A DNA stretch of 64,000 nt from Methanobacteriota archaeon (GTDB lineage Archaea; Halobacteriota; Bog-38; Methanoflorentales; Methanoflorentaceae): positions 192,001 through 256,000 of the forward strand of contig CAVRAO010000012.1 in the NCBI GenBank assembly GCA_963719035.1. The letters run 5' to 3'. The notes under the pieces are model-generated. The model searched no databases. It was not told the origin of the DNA and saw only the letters and a program-made list of their open reading frames with translations. Within the stretch, counting starts at the first letter, position 1. Each line of letters begins with the position of its first letter. Shown here piece after piece: positions 44,220-55,843 of this stretch. Position numbers and translations under genes: made by a program.

Positions 44220-44862
44220 ATGACGCCTCCGTGACCGCTTCGATAAAGCCGCGCATCTTTACGTGATCTTTAACGCCGAGGCGGATCTCAACTCCGCTTG
44301 AAACGTCGACCGCATAGGGCCGCACCGTTTCGATAGCTGCTCTTACGTTGCCCGACGTCAAACCTCCTGCTAAGATGAGGGGGGTCGGCGCTACTCGCTC
44401 CCTAATGGCCCGGCTCACGGCCCAGTTATGCGGCATCCCTGTGCCACCGTGCGCGCCTGGAATGTACGAGTCGGTAAGAACTGCATCAAAGCGAGATGCA
44501 GTGGGGAGGGCCGCGTAAGACAGTTGATCATCCATCGCGATGACGCGGATCACGTGCGTTCCGCGGACGTGCTCGTCAATCGAATCATCGCGAGGCATCG
44601 GGCCGGATAATTGCACCGCACCGGGGGCAAGGCACGAGCGCAGTGTCCCAAGACGATCTAGGGTTTGGAAAACAGAAACGACGACGCTTTGGACGAAGGG
44701 TGGCGTTGCTTCTATGAGATCTCGAGCATGATCTAGTGGCACGTTTCTCGGTGACTCAGGCACGTCCACGACAAAGCCGAGCGCATCTGCACCAGCATCG
44801 ACGGCTGCTTCGAGGTCCTCTTTATTCGTTATGCCACAGATCTTAACGCGCACTCGTTTCAT
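44209..44862 (-). CDS. trpF: Phosphoribosylanthranilate isomerase
   Basis: [24 protein letters not shown]. Confidence 0.95.
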   Translation of the reverse strand: MKRVRVKICGITNKEDLEAAVDAGADALGFVVDVPESPRNVPLDHARDLIEATPPFVQSVVVSVFQTLDRLGTLRSCLAPGAVQLSGPMPRDDSIDEHVRGTHVIRVIAMDDQLSYAALPTASRFDAVLTDSYIPGAHGGTGMPHNWAVSRAIRERVAPTPLILAGGLTSGNVRAAIETVRPYAVDVSSGVEIRLGVKDHVKMRGFIEAVTEASYEL

Positions 44863-45656
44863 GTCACCCTCACCAGCATATCTACGGCTTGACGTACATC
44901 GTTTAGCCCGCATCGAGTGCAGAACCGACAAGTAACGCGTCTACGCCACAACGTCTGAGAAATCGCGCGTCTTCGGGGATCGTAACGCCACTCTCACTGA
45001 TGATCACCCTCCCATCGTGGGGGACTTTTTCAAGGATCTCCTTGGTAGTCGCTAGATCTACTTCTAAAGTCCTCAGATCCCGGTTATTGATACCAACAAG
45101 ATCTGCGTCAGTGGACAGGGCACGTTTAAATTCGAAATCGGTGTGTGCCTCCAAGAGCACTTCAAGTCCGACCGTGTGTGCGAACTCGATCATTTCCTCA
45201 ACGCCGCGTGTCGCATAGCCTCGGTCAAAGAGCGCTTGTATCAGCGGTCACAGCGTTTGCACCGGAGTCTCGCGCGGCTTCGACTTGGCGCGCGCTGACG
45301 ATGAAGTCTTTCATAAGGAGCGGGAGTGAGACGCCGCTTCGGACATTTTCCAGCAAACGAGCAGATCCCTTGAAAAAATGGGGTTCGGTCACCACGGAAA
45401 TTCCGGCGGCCCCCCCGCTTCCATTCGCTTCGCGATTGCGTCGGCGCTAATGCTCGACGCGCAGCGCGCCCGTCGTCGGAGATGCGATCTTAATCTCTGC
45501 AATGAGTGGGAGGTGCGTGCACGTCGTGACGCCCTCACTCAAACGAAGCGTGGTAGGGGTGTTTTGTGGTTCGTCGCGCTGTCTGAAATTGGAATAATAA
45601 CCTGACGTGACGGTTTTTTGAGCATTGCGACAGAGGATGTCGAAGAAATCAGGCAC
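44859..45656 (-). CDS. trpC: Indole-3-glycerol phosphate synthase, several frameshifts
   Basis: IAEIKIASP, LMKDFI, LLEAH, GINNRDL, SESG, LVGSAL in successive frames; operon position. Confidence 0.88.
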
Positions 45657-46710
45657 GCGACCCCTCCAACTCGTCGAGCACTGAAAGGTTGCCGCCAGAG
45701 AGCTCGACAAGCGCTTTGAGTTTCCCGTAGGCTGCACCGGTGGCAATCGATTCGGTCGCTAAATCAACACAATATGGAAGATCGTCACCTAGACCACCAA
45801 CGAGGATGGCTGCAGCTGCATTGGCGAGGGCAAAGCTAGTCTTTGGTTCCTGAACGTCGGGACTCTCGTTGAGCAATCTAACCGTCAGACGAGCACTCTC
45901 GTCAGGATCAGTGACGAGAAGTTGACTCGGTTTGACCGGCTTTAGTGCGAAGTCGCTGGGACTTAGCTCGAGATGCGTGAGACTCGATCCGTGCACTTGT
46001 GCGACGACCGTCTTTCCAAAGAGCGAGACCTCGTCAATTCCGCCGACGCCGTGGACCACCATCGCCTCTTCACAGCCGAGAGCCATCAACGTCTTAGCAA
46101 GTGGCGTCACCCACCCTCGCTCAGCGACACCAAGGAGCTGTGCTTGGGCGTTTGCTGGATTGACGAGCGGTCCAAGAAGGTTGAAAACCGTTCGCACGCC
46201 GATCTCCTGACGTGGCCTGAGGACAGTGCGCATTGCCGGATGGAACCCGGGCGCGAACATGAACCCGAAACCGATCTTTTCGATGGCATTTTTGACCTCG
46301 TCTGGCCCTTGAGATAGGTTCACCCCGAGACGTTCAAGCACGTCGGCACTACCACTGTTGCTGGTAACGGATCGGTTTCCGTGTTTTGCAACTATAACGC
46401 CTGCTCCGGCTGCGATTAATGCCGCGACAGTGCTGACGTTGAAGGTCTTCAGGCTGTCGCCACCCGTCCCGCACGTGTCGACCATCCGCCCTTTGACGTC
46501 AGGATTTATCACGCGGCAGAACTCCTTCATAACCGACGCAAAGGTGAACAGCTCCTCCTCGGTCTCCCCTTTCATGGAAAGGGCAGTTAAGAAAGCGCCA
46601 ATCTGTGCGTCTGTCGCTATGCCCGACAGCATCTCGACCATGACGGCACGCGCCTCATGGGTCGTCAAATTAGCTCCGTTTACAACCTTCGGTATACTCT
46701 CTCTGATCAC
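45649..46710 (-). CDS. trpD: Anthranilate phosphoribosyltransferase
   Basis: DTCGTGGD, FNVST, KHGNRS..SGSAD. Confidence 0.97.
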   Translation of the reverse strand: MIRESIPKVVNGANLTTHEARAVMVEMLSGIATDAQIGAFLTALSMKGETEEELFTFASVMKEFCRVINPDVKGRMVDTCGTGGDSLKTFNVSTVAALIAAGAGVIVAKHGNRSVTSNSGSADVLERLGVNLSQGPDEVKNAIEKIGFGFMFAPGFHPAMRTVLRPRQEIGVRTVFNLLGPLVNPANAQAQLLGVAERGWVTPLAKTLMALGCEEAMVVHGVGGIDEVSLFGKTVVAQVHGSSLTHLELSPSDFALKPVKPSQLLVTDPDESARLTVRLLNESPDVQEPKTSFALANAAAAILVGGLGDDLPYCVDLATESIATGAAYGKLKALVELSGGNLSVLDELEGSRA

Positions 46711-47294
46711 GCTCTCTCTCCTTTGAGAAAATTACTGATGACGCGCTTGCCGGCTGCGGTCATGATGGATTCGGGGTGAAACTGAACCCCTTCTATCGGG
46801 TAGGTGTGGTGGCGGACTCCCATGATCTCCCCGTCGTCGCATGACTCGGCCGTTATCTCGAGACACGAGGGGAGCGATGCGCGGTCCGCGACGAGCGAGT
46901 GATAGCGGGTTGCAACAAAAGGATTCTCAATGCCGTAAAACAGCCCTGAACCACAGTGGCGGATGTGGCTTGTCTTGCCGTGCATCACTCGCTGAGCAGT
47001 GGTGATGCGACCGCCAAAGGCCGCCACGATTCCTTGATGGCCGAGGCATACCCCGAGCGTCGACGTCGTCGGGCTCAGGCCCTTCAGTATAGGGGAACAC
47101 ACGCCGAAGAAGCGCTTCTCTGTTGGTATACCAGGACCAGGCGAGAGGATGATCCTGTCGGGCTCGAGTGATTTCGCCTCCTCGAGGGTCAACTTGTCGT
47201 TTCGATAAACGAGCGGCGTTCCCCCCAACTCGCCAACGTGTTGGACGATGTTGTACACAAATGAATCGTAGTTATCAATGATGAGCACGTTCAT
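46707..47294 (-). CDS. trpG: Anthranilate synthase component II
   Basis: IDNYDSF, SPGPG, GVCLGHQ, QFHPES. Confidence 0.95.
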   Translation of the reverse strand: MNVLIIDNYDSFVYNIVQHVGELGGTPLVYRNDKLTLEEAKSLEPDRIILSPGPGIPTEKRFFGVCSPILKGLSPTTSTLGVCLGHQGIVAAFGGRITTAQRVMHGKTSHIRHCGSGLFYGIENPFVATRYHSLVADRASLPSCLEITAESCDDGEIMGVRHHTYPIEGVQFHPESIMTAAGKRVISNFLKGERA

Positions 47295-48684
47295 CGCGCG
47301 TTACCCCCACTGCCCTCGAGCGCTTTTACCAACGCCCTGGCCTTGAATTCGGTCTCCGTCCATTCGTTCTCAGGCACCGAGTCAGCGACGATGCCCCCTC
47401 CCGTCTGCAGGTGACACTTGCCCCCTTTAGCAAAAAGGGCGCGAATGGTAATCGCGAAATCCATGTCGCCGTTGTACGAAAAGTAGCCGACAGCACCGGC
47501 GTACAGGCCCGCGGCGGACAGGTTCAAGTTCTTCAATGATCTCCATTGCGCGAACTTTAGGCGCGCCCGACACCGTGCCTGCCGGAAACGCAGCACGCAG
47601 GACGTCAAAGCTGTCAGCGCCGTCGCGCTGTTTCCCTACAACCTGCGAGACGATGTGCTGCACGTGGCTGTAGCGCTGGACGTCCATAAAAGCAGGAACG
47701 TGCACGCTGCCCGCCTCGGCAACGCGCCCTACGTCGTTGCGCGCCAGATCGACGAGCATAACGTGTTCTGCAATCTCCTTCGGGTCGTTCAGCAGCTCGT
47801 TGGCAAGCGCGGCGTCTCGGTGTGGTTCGCCGGTTATCGGACGACTGCCGGCTATGGGGTAGCTCTCGATCCTGTCATCGGCGACCTTAACGAGCGTCTC
47901 AGGACTTGTCCCCATTATGGCGCGGTCTTGCATTTTGAGGTAGAACATGTATGGCGAGGGGTTCATCGCTCTGAGCGTGATGTAAACCGGCGCCAAATCG
48001 CCGGTAAATGTGAAACTGTACCGTTTTGAAAGGACGGTCTGAAAAACGTCGCCGGCGGCGATGTGCTGCTTTGCGTTCTCCACCATCGATTCGTACTCCC
48101 TCTTTCCGACGTTCAGGTCAAGAGGCCCCATGGAGAACTCGCCGTGCTCGCAGGGTCTGCGTAAGAGGTACAGAGCTCGTTGTAACGGCTTTTTCCAATG
48201 TGGAAGTAAAACGCCTCGTGGTTTAGGTGGTCAAGCACAATGCCGTCGTCGTAGATGCCCATTTCAAGGTCGGGAAAAGTCAAGATCGTCTGCGGCTGTG
48301 TGCGGGATGCGCTCCCAATAGCGGATGGCATCATATGAGACGTAGCCGACCGCGCCGCCGAGGAATCCGTATCGATGCTGTGTGTGACGCTTGCGGCCGA
48401 TGAGCCTTTGAACAGCGTCTAAGGGGTCTAGTATGTGTTCCTGGCGTTCGTTGACGGTTGCGATACCGTCCTTCACGCGCACTGTGGCGGCCGGGTCAAA
48501 TCCGACGTAGGAGTAGAGCGCGGTGTTTCCCAGGCCAGTTCGAGATTCAAGCAGGAACGCGTAGTCATATTCTGGGGCCAGTTTAAAGAAAATTGACGCG
48601 GGTGAACCGTAGGGAATTCGCTGAAAACGCACGCTACGAGGGTTCGCAGCCAAGTTGTCGGTATCGCCAAAAACAGTCACCCAT
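47291..48684 (-). CDS. trpE: Anthranilate synthase component I, several frameshifts
   Basis: [49 protein letters not shown] across several frames. Confidence 0.92.
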
Positions 48685-48698
48685 TATTGTCACTCCTG

Positions 48699-48730
48699 AT
48701 GTATAACATTATACATTAATGTACTATAAA
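48699..48730 (-). promoter_or_regulatory. trp promoter/operator with TRP-box-like hexamers
   Basis: Palindrome ATGTATAA-CA-TTATACAT; TGTATA/TATACA/TGTACT at 10-bp spacing; minus-strand TTTATA TATA box at 48725-48730. Confidence 0.6.
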
Positions 48731-48962
48731 TAACTTTGTAGTTTTTGTTTTGACTTTAACTTTAACTGAATCTGACACGACAGATCTGTAATGATCTTGC
48801 CTATATAGCCAGATTTGTCGACAACAACGTTTTGGGCAAACCCAACAGTCGTGTGATCCGTATCATAAAAATGTGACTTCAGATGCAAACGCCCCCTTCA
48901 CGAAAGAAACGACAGCTAAGTATTAATTATGAAACGTTTCGTTAGGTAGGGCAGGTTACACC

Positions 48963-50183
48963 ATGAAAGCTGATGCTATAAAGATCACGGATGGCGTCTA
49001 CTGGGTAGGCGTATTGGACTGGGACATACGAAAATATCACGGCTACACGCTGCACGGCACGACGTACAACGCGTACCTCGTCTTCGGCGAGGATCGCATA
49101 GCGCTCATTGACAATACGTATCCAGGCACGTCTGCGCAGATGTGGGGGCGTATTCAGGACGCGTTTGAGAGGGAGGGGCGACCGCTCGCCATCGACATAA
49201 TCGTTCAGAACCACATCGAATTTGACCACAGCGGGGCGTTGACTGAGGTTCATAAAAAGTTCCCCGATGCGCCTATCTATATCACCGAAATCGGGGCAAA
49301 GGGAATCAAGAAACATTTCGCCGCACTCGATGATGTGCCCTTTACCGGAGTCAAGACGGGCGATGAGCTTGCGCTTGGTGGAAAAACGTTCGTATTCCTT
49401 GAGGCGTTCCTGCTCCATTGGCCGGACAGTATGTTTACCTTCCTCAAAGAGGACGGGATCCTGTTCTCGAACGACGCCTTTGGCCAACACCTCTGCTTTG
49501 GACAACGGACTGACGCCGACGTGCCCGAATACGTGCTCATGCAAGCCGCTCAGAAGTTCTTTGCAAATCTCATCACGCCGTCAGCCCGCATCCTCCTCAA
49601 AAAGTTTGAGGAATTCAAAACGCTGGGATTGCTCGACAAAATACGGGTTATTGCGCCCTCTCACGGACAGATCTGGACTGACCCGTCTAAGATCATCAGT
49701 GCTTATACCGACTGGGCCACGGGCGTAGCGAAGGACAAAGCCACGATCGTGTACGACACGATGCATCATTCCACTCAAAAGATGGCACACGCCCTTGCCG
49801 AGGGGCTCATCGCCGGAGGGGCCGACGTCGCGATGCACTTTCTGCACGTCGACGAACGAAGCGAAGTAGTAAAGGATATCCTCGATAGCAAGATCGTCCT
49901 GTTTGGCGCTCCAACGCTGTATGGCGAGCCGTACCCGAGCCTCGGCGACTTGGTCTATTACCTTAGAGGGCTGCGATTTGATAAGACGGGCCAAAAGAAG
50001 CTCGCCGTCACGTTCGGCTCTATGGGGGGGATGGGCGGCGCGCCTAAGAAGCTTGCGGAAGACATTTCAGCGTGTGGCTTTGAAGTGGTTCAGGAGCTAG
50101 AAGTTTACTACGTGCCGACAGAAGACGAGCTTGTTGAGTACTACGAGGTGGGCACGCAACTCGCCTCACGTATAAAAACGTAA
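48963..50183 (+). CDS. fprA: Flavodiiron protein (F420H2 oxidase-type)
   Basis: [35 protein letters not shown]; flavodoxin domain begins DTMHHST. Confidence 0.93.
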   Translation: MKADAIKITDGVYWVGVLDWDIRKYHGYTLHGTTYNAYLVFGEDRIALIDNTYPGTSAQMWGRIQDAFEREGRPLAIDIIVQNHIEFDHSGALTEVHKKFPDAPIYITEIGAKGIKKHFAALDDVPFTGVKTGDELALGGKTFVFLEAFLLHWPDSMFTFLKEDGILFSNDAFGQHLCFGQRTDADVPEYVLMQAAQKFFANLITPSARILLKKFEEFKTLGLLDKIRVIAPSHGQIWTDPSKIISAYTDWATGVAKDKATIVYDTMHHSTQKMAHALAEGLIAGGADVAMHFLHVDERSEVVKDILDSKIVLFGAPTLYGEPYPSLGDLVYYLRGLRFDKTGQKKLAVTFGSMGGMGGAPKKLAEDISACGFEVVQELEVYYVPTEDELVEYYEVGTQLASRIKT

Positions 50184-50364
50184 GGTCGGCCCCCAAGCGT
50201 TTATCACAAGCTTTGCACAAAGGGCCGGGAACTACCCGAGCAGACTATAGACTACAAGATGTTGTACTTTGCAATCGACTCGCCCGAAGACGGACGAGAG
50301 AACGAATTGCGTGGTCCTGCAGGCCTCGGAGCCAGAACAATTAACGAGGAGATGCGTCCCGCCT

Positions 50365-50892
50365 TTAGGGGCCGTCTTGCCCCGGACTAATTTTCGCAAA
50401 ACTAAAATTGGTCACATTTGTTAGTGGGGGCAAATAACCGTCCCATATCGGCGATGGAGAGCTGCTTCCCGCGTGAATAAGTATGGTGGTATTACCCTTG
50501 GCGTAATTCACTGACCAGAAGGTTTGGGTGCTGTTCTCTGTTCCGGAAACGCTATATCCTAACTTGGTCATTTGCGCGCTGTAAAACGCTTTTACACTGG
50601 AAAGGGGGTCCTTAGTCTCAAACGCCCATCCTGTACCGTTCTTGTCAGGGCTAAGGAGCCGAACTGAAGGTTGGTACCGCGGCACGACCGATGGGTCGGG
50701 ATCGGACCCAGCATTGTCAGCTGGGTAGCCCGCTGTTCCCGATTGTCCGGTTTTCGCGGCGGCCGATGCCTTTCCGCTTTCCGATGCGGGACTTGGCGAT
50801 GAGGTCGTCGACGACGTACACCCCGCAGTGCAGGCGACGAGGATCAGCACGGCGCACAAGGCCGCTATGAGGTATCGTGATGGTCTTCCCAT
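50365..50892 (-). CDS. Lipoprotein, hypothetical
   Basis: TAGC lipobox, Ser-rich linker, VPRY..SVRL. Confidence 0.7.
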   Translation of the reverse strand: MGRPSRYLIAALCAVLILVACTAGCTSSTTSSPSPASESGKASAAAKTGQSGTAGYPADNAGSDPDPSVVPRYQPSVRLLSPDKNGTGWAFETKDPLSSVKAFYSAQMTKLGYSVSGTENSTQTFWSVNYAKGNTTILIHAGSSSPSPIWDGYLPPLTNVTNFSFAKISPGQDGP

Positions 50893-51091
50893 GCGTCTCT
50901 CCTATTTGACACTTCCAAGGCGGCCACTCTTGTATTAAAGCTATTTGCTTTGCGCCCGATAAGGGCAGTTGGCCGCAAACGAGAAGACCTTGGATCGTGT
51001 GGGGGTCAGTTCAATAATGTATAGTGCGCGCAAGGTCAGTATCTACTAGTATATGTAAGAATTATGGGTCATCTAGTAGTAGGAGGTAATT

Positions 51092-52432
51092 ATGAGTTTT
51101 TTTTCCGAAGCAATCGAAACCATGGACCGGGGTGAACTGGACGCCCTGGTTGATGAGCGCATACGCTACACAGTCCAGTTTGCTGCGGAAAATTCTCCCT
51201 TTTATCGCAAATGGTTCCGCACAAACAAGATTGACCCCTCAACCATAAGGGAACACGAAGACCTGCGCGATTTACCTATTATATCTGGCAAAGACGTCAG
51301 AGAAAGGCAGCCCCCTGAGACGGAGGAATTCGAGTTCAAGTGCATAGGCTGGCCGGAGGTGTACACCGTCCACGAGACCAGCGGCACAAGCGGCAACCCT
51401 AAGTCGTTCTTTTTGACCTGGGAGGACTGGAACCGTTATGCGGAGAAGTATGCCCGGGCATTTGTCTCTCAAAACTTCACTTCCGGGGACCGGGTGGTGG
51501 TATGTGCCTCTTACGGCATGAATGTGGGTGCTAACACCATGACCCTGGCCGCCCAGAAGATAAATATGACCATCATCCCCATGGGGCGCTGCACCTTCCC
51601 TGTAAACATAATAAGTAAGTATCATCCCACCGGGATCGTGGGTAGTGTCTTTAAACTGCTTCGTTTGGCAAGAAGGATGAAATCCGAGGGATTAGACCCA
51701 CAAGCATCCAGTATAAAACGTCTGATAGCTGGTGGGGAGAGCTTTGCTGACGAATCACGGGCGTTCCTGGAAGAAGTCTGGGATGTGCCGGTTTATAACA
51801 ACTACGGCAGCACCGAGGGGACCATGTGCGGGGAGTGTTATGAGAAGGTGGGTCTACACGTACCCGAGGACCTGGTGCACCTGGACGTTTACGACCCTAC
51901 ACTGGACAGCTTTGTGGAAGACGGGGAATGTGGCAGGATAGTTTTAACCACTCTGTTACCTCCTGGGGGCAAGACCGGGACACTCCTACTGAATTACGAC
52001 ACGGAAGATACCAGCTTGGTGACGTCCCGGGATCAGTGTCCCTGTGGCCGCACCCATCTTCGGATCATGCTCCCTGAAAGGGAAGCCGAGACGGTGTGGG
52101 TGGCTGGGTCACCCTTTAACCGGGTGGATATAGAGCGGGGCGTATTCCAGCGTGAAAACATGGACTACCTCACGGGGGAGTATGAGGCCTCTCTTTATGG
52201 CGATGCTGAGGAAACCACTCTTCGAGTCAGCATGGAATGTTTGGATACCAGTCACTGTGAAAAGGAGTTAGTTAGGGAGAATTTCCTCAAAAGTCTCCTG
52301 CGGTACCGGCCACTCCTCTCTGAAGCGCACCAGGATGGTACCTTTAAAGTCCTCTTCAACTTTACCGAACCAGGCGGCCTCGAATTTTACCGTATCAAGG
52401 GCCGACCAAAGCGTTTGGTGGACCGTCGCTGA
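51092..52432 (+). CDS. ftsA: Coenzyme F390 synthetase (phenylacetate-CoA ligase family; unrelated to cell-division FtsA)
   Basis: HETSGTSG, YGSTE, LLLNYDTED, CPCGRTH, IKGRPKRLVDRR; GGAGGT upstream. Confidence 0.8.
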   Translation: MSFFSEAIETMDRGELDALVDERIRYTVQFAAENSPFYRKWFRTNKIDPSTIREHEDLRDLPIISGKDVRERQPPETEEFEFKCIGWPEVYTVHETSGTSGNPKSFFLTWEDWNRYAEKYARAFVSQNFTSGDRVVVCASYGMNVGANTMTLAAQKINMTIIPMGRCTFPVNIISKYHPTGIVGSVFKLLRLARRMKSEGLDPQASSIKRLIAGGESFADESRAFLEEVWDVPVYNNYGSTEGTMCGECYEKVGLHVPEDLVHLDVYDPTLDSFVEDGECGRIVLTTLLPPGGKTGTLLLNYDTEDTSLVTSRDQCPCGRTHLRIMLPEREAETVWVAGSPFNRVDIERGVFQRENMDYLTGEYEASLYGDAEETTLRVSMECLDTSHCEKELVRENFLKSLLRYRPLLSEAHQDGTFKVLFNFTEPGGLEFYRIKGRPKRLVDRR

Positions 52433-52480
52433 GTAAATCAAAAGCGAGGGGGCGTTCCTGAAAGAATATCGATTATAAAG

Positions 52481-53245
52481 TTAAAGGGACACTTCCACAC
52501 CCTTCTGCAATAGATATTCCTTCACTTCCCGGACACTAAATGTACGGAAGTGAAAAACTGAAGCAGCCAGCAGTATGGTGGCACCACCGTCTTTGACTGC
52601 ATCGTAGAAATGCGCTAGTTTTCCTGCGCCGCCAGAGGCGATGACTGGAACGTTAACAGCATTAGCGATAGCACTCGTGTATTCCAAATCATAGCCATCT
52701 TGGGTACCATCACCATCCATACTGGTGGGGAGGATCACTCCTGCACCAAGTTTTTCACACTCTTTCGCCCACTCTACAGCGTCTAAACCCACTGGTTTAG
52801 TCCCGCCGGCCACCACTACCTCAAATCCAGAGGGCATCTCCGGGTTCCGGCAGGCATCAATGGCCACGGTTATACGCTCCGAGCCAAATCTTTCGGCGGC
52901 TTCTTTTATGAGCTCGGGATTGTTCACAGCGGCACTGTTCATGGACACCTTGTCCGCCCCAGCTTTAAGGGTCAGCTCTATGTCTTCCAGGGTCGAAATG
53001 CCTCCGCCAACGGTTAGTGGAATGTCAATAACCGAAGACACATTCTCAACCCATTCCAGGCGGGTTCCGCGGTTTTCCAGGGTGGCGGCTATGTCCAGCA
53101 TGGCCAGTTCGTCTGCACCCTCTTTCTGGTACAAGGTGGCACTTTCTGCCGGGTCACCGGCGTCTTTTAAGTCCACAAAGTGTACACCCTTCACGACACG
53201 GCCGTCTTTCATATCCAGGCACGGCATGATCTTCACGGTTGTCAT
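52481..53245 (-). CDS. hisF: Imidazole glycerol phosphate synthase cyclase subunit
   Basis: PCLDMKDGRVVKG, VGGGI, TSMDGDGT, ASGGAG, AASVFH. Confidence 0.95.
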   Translation of the reverse strand: MTTVKIMPCLDMKDGRVVKGVHFVDLKDAGDPAESATLYQKEGADELAMLDIAATLENRGTRLEWVENVSSVIDIPLTVGGGISTLEDIELTLKAGADKVSMNSAAVNNPELIKEAAERFGSERITVAIDACRNPEMPSGFEVVVAGGTKPVGLDAVEWAKECEKLGAGVILPTSMDGDGTQDGYDLEYTSAIANAVNVPVIASGGAGKLAHFYDAVKDGGATILLAASVFHFRTFSVREVKEYLLQKGVEVSL

Positions 53246-53489
53246 GATTACAACTCCTCACTTTTAATCTAAATTTTAATATGAGTTACCCTCTCTTAAA
53301 ATCAGAAGCGTTCTAAAATCCTTTATACTGCTTGGTTCGAACGGGATTATAGTCCTCTTACCAGCCCACGGTATTCTATTCTAGGCCACTTAATCAAAAA
53401 CGTTTTTCCCTTTTATGTCTTTAGCGACGTTGCCACTTCAAACCGGCAAAGCTAATACGCACTCTCACAGTCATAAGCTGGTTGATTCC

Positions 53490-54029
53490 ATGATCAAAAA
53501 AACCGCTATACTCCTGATCGGTGCCGTCCTGATTGTTTCGGTGCTGGCATCAGGCTGCACCTTCAATGTAGGGAACACGACTACTTCTCCTACGTCGACA
53601 ACGTACACGAGTGCGAAAGGTTACTCGATTAAGTACGAATCAGATTGGGGCAAACCTCAGGAGCAACAAAATGGTGCGTTCGCCGTCTTTTTGACACCCG
53701 CCAACAATGAGACCGAAAATCTAAACGTACAGGAGCTCAATCTCTCCAAGACCTCTTCACTCGCGAGTGTAACGGAAGACGTGACCTCTAACGCCCAGAG
53801 TTATGACAACTTTACGCTAATTGAGGCGACAAACACAACCCTTTCCGGGCTTTCTGCTTCTAAGATCGTTTTTACAGCGACGATTGATGGAGAGCAGCTA
53901 AAAGTGCTTCAAACGTGGACCGTAAAAGACGGCAAGGCATACGTCATTACATACAAAGCTGCCCCCAACAACTACAATACGTATCTAAGCGCTGCGCAAA
54001 AGATGATCGATTCGTTTCAAATTAAGTAG
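53490..54029 (+). CDS. PsbP/Mog1-like lipoprotein
   Basis: ASGC lipobox; SIKY.SDW...YVITYKA...QKMIDSFQIK. Confidence 0.8.
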   Translation: MIKKTAILLIGAVLIVSVLASGCTFNVGNTTTSPTSTTYTSAKGYSIKYESDWGKPQEQQNGAFAVFLTPANNETENLNVQELNLSKTSSLASVTEDVTSNAQSYDNFTLIEATNTTLSGLSASKIVFTATIDGEQLKVLQTWTVKDGKAYVITYKAAPNNYNTYLSAAQKMIDSFQIK

Positions 54030-54086
54030 TACAATCTGATTGACTACAGCTTTGCGCAAAGCGCGAAACCCCGCCAAACGGTGTCG

Positions 54087-54623
54087 ATGAGCAAAAAAAA
54101 GTTAGTGCCACTCATTGGCATCGTTTTCATTTTTTTAGTGCTGGCTGCGGGCTGCACGTCTAACGAAGGCAACCCAACGCCATCAGCTCCGACAAACACG
54201 CATGAAGCGAAGGGTTTCACGATAAAGTATCCATCAGACTGGACAAAGGACGTGCCAAAAAGTGGTCCGATTTCCGTGCTTTTTAGGATGCCAACGAATA
54301 ATGCCGCAGAGAATCTCAACGTGCAAGTGTGGAACCGCTCCACAAACGAGACGCTTAGCAGCAGAACAGCGAGGATACTTGCAGGCGTACAAGATTTTTC
54401 AAACTACACGGAGATTTCAGCTGGAAACACGACACTGGGGGGCAATCCGGCCTATAAAGTCTCATATACGGCAACTTATGATGGGAATAATCTAAAGTTC
54501 ACCCAAATATGGACGATCAAGCACGGAAAGGAGTATATCATTACGTATAAAGCAGATCCTAAAAACTTCGACACCTACGCAAGCACAGCGCAGCAGATGA
54601 TAGACTCCTTCAAGGTTAAGTAG
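54087..54623 (+). CDS. PsbP/Mog1-like lipoprotein (tandem paralogue)
   Basis: AAGC lipobox; IKYPSDW...YIITYKA...QQMIDSFKVK. Confidence 0.8.
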   Translation: MSKKKLVPLIGIVFIFLVLAAGCTSNEGNPTPSAPTNTHEAKGFTIKYPSDWTKDVPKSGPISVLFRMPTNNAAENLNVQVWNRSTNETLSSRTARILAGVQDFSNYTEISAGNTTLGGNPAYKVSYTATYDGNNLKFTQIWTIKHGKEYIITYKADPKNFDTYASTAQQMIDSFKVK

Positions 54624-54747
54624 CATAGTTTGCTAACGATTAAAAGCTGCTCGCAAGCTTAATTGGCACGTCGGTGATGACTTGCGCGTAGCATAAGAAG
54701 CGGTGAATCAGCCGTTAAGCTAAAGAACCACCGTTTTTACCTTTATA

Positions 54748-55242
54748 TTGGGGGGAAGTCCAACGGTTAATGTACTCGTCGTGTATTATTCTCGCACCGG
54801 AAACACCAAAGCGATGGCAGAAATAATAGCCGACGCGGCGGGCAAAGAAGAGGCAGGGGTCAGACTTAAAGAGGTGGCCGACGCCTCAAACGATGACCTT
54901 GTTTGGGCCGACTGCATCATTATCGGCTCGCCCGTTTACTTTGGCCTGCCGTCAAGCGAGATCAAGAAGTTCATAGATGACTCGATCAGCGTCAGGAGAC
55001 AACTGGAAAACAAAGTCGGCGCTGCTTTTGTCAGCTCAGGGCACCGCGCTGGAGGCAGGGAGACGGCTATTATGGCACTTCTGGGGGCATTTATCGTGCA
55101 CGGCATGGTCGTGTGCGGCGATCCGATGTCCTCTGGAGGGCATTATGGTGCCGTTGCAAGCGGCAGTCCAGATGATCGGTGTATTCAGGAGTGCATCGGG
55201 TTGGCAAGAAAAGTGGTTATGCTCGCGACGAAATTGAAGTGA
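54748..55242 (+). CDS. WrbA-like flavodoxin / NAD(P)H oxidoreductase
   Basis: VYYSRTGNT, GSPVYFG, KVGAAF, GGRET, HYG; start uncertain (TTG 54748 or ACG 54763). Confidence 0.9.
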   Translation: MGGSPTVNVLVVYYSRTGNTKAMAEIIADAAGKEEAGVRLKEVADASNDDLVWADCIIIGSPVYFGLPSSEIKKFIDDSISVRRQLENKVGAAFVSSGHRAGGRETAIMALLGAFIVHGMVVCGDPMSSGGHYGAVASGSPDDRCIQECIGLARKVVMLATKLK

Positions 55243-55390
55243 TATAGCTTCCGCTAGTTCGTGTGTCGTTTACGTCGTACAGACGTTGAGCGTTCTTTGC
55301 TAGCGCTGTTTTAGCTAAGGAGAGGTTAAACGAAACGCGCTATGCTGTCCCAGTCTTTCTTATGATGCAACTCGGCGAGGCGTCAAGCGA

Positions 55391-55843
55391 TTACGCTCTG
55401 AAAAGCTCGTTTGATTCGGGTGCCCATTCGTTTTTTGCACTAAGCCACTCTAAGCCTTCATACAACGCGCGTTGATGCTCCGGCATCGAGGGGCGTGGAT
55501 CCGGCTGCGGTAGCACTTCGACGCCTGCGTTTATAAGCGTGTGCAAGTGTCGCTTTATACGGTTCAACTCGGCGCTATTGTCGCGCAAGTCAGTTAACGT
55601 CTCCTTTAATTCCTCGTCGCTACGTGGCTCCGCTACCAGCGCCTTTACCTTGTTCGCTACCAGCGCCTTTATCGCCTTGTTCGCTACCAGCGCCTTCACC
55701 TTGTTCGCTATCTTCGCCTTTATCGCCTTCCGCTGTTGCTCGTGCCCTTTCACTTGTTCTATCGCTTCGTCGAGCGTTAAATAGCGCTCGTCGACGCGCC
55801 GGAAATAGTGCATGAAATCCCAGTCAAGTATAATAACAGTCAT
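55391..55843 (-). CDS. Hypothetical protein with internal KALVANK repeats
   Basis: GAGGTG upstream; repeated K(V/AI)KALVA(N/E) coiled-coil units. Confidence 0.6.
   Translation of the reverse strand: MTVIILDWDFMHYFRRVDERYLTLDEAIEQVKGHEQQRKAIKAKIANKVKALVANKAIKALVANKVKALVAEPRSDEELKETLTDLRDNSAELNRIKRHLHTLINAGVEVLPQPDPRPSMPEHQRALYEGLEWLSAKNEWAPESNELFRA

Noticed and set aside
44859-48684. Pseudogenisation of trpC and trpE
   Set aside because: The other five trp genes and the catalytic motifs are intact, and small indels occur in many unrelated genes, so assembly error is more likely.
48634-48684. Short Trp-containing ORF ([16 protein letters not shown]) as an attenuator leader
   Set aside because: It overlaps trpE, has one Trp and no terminator; an extra G after the trpE ATG explains it.
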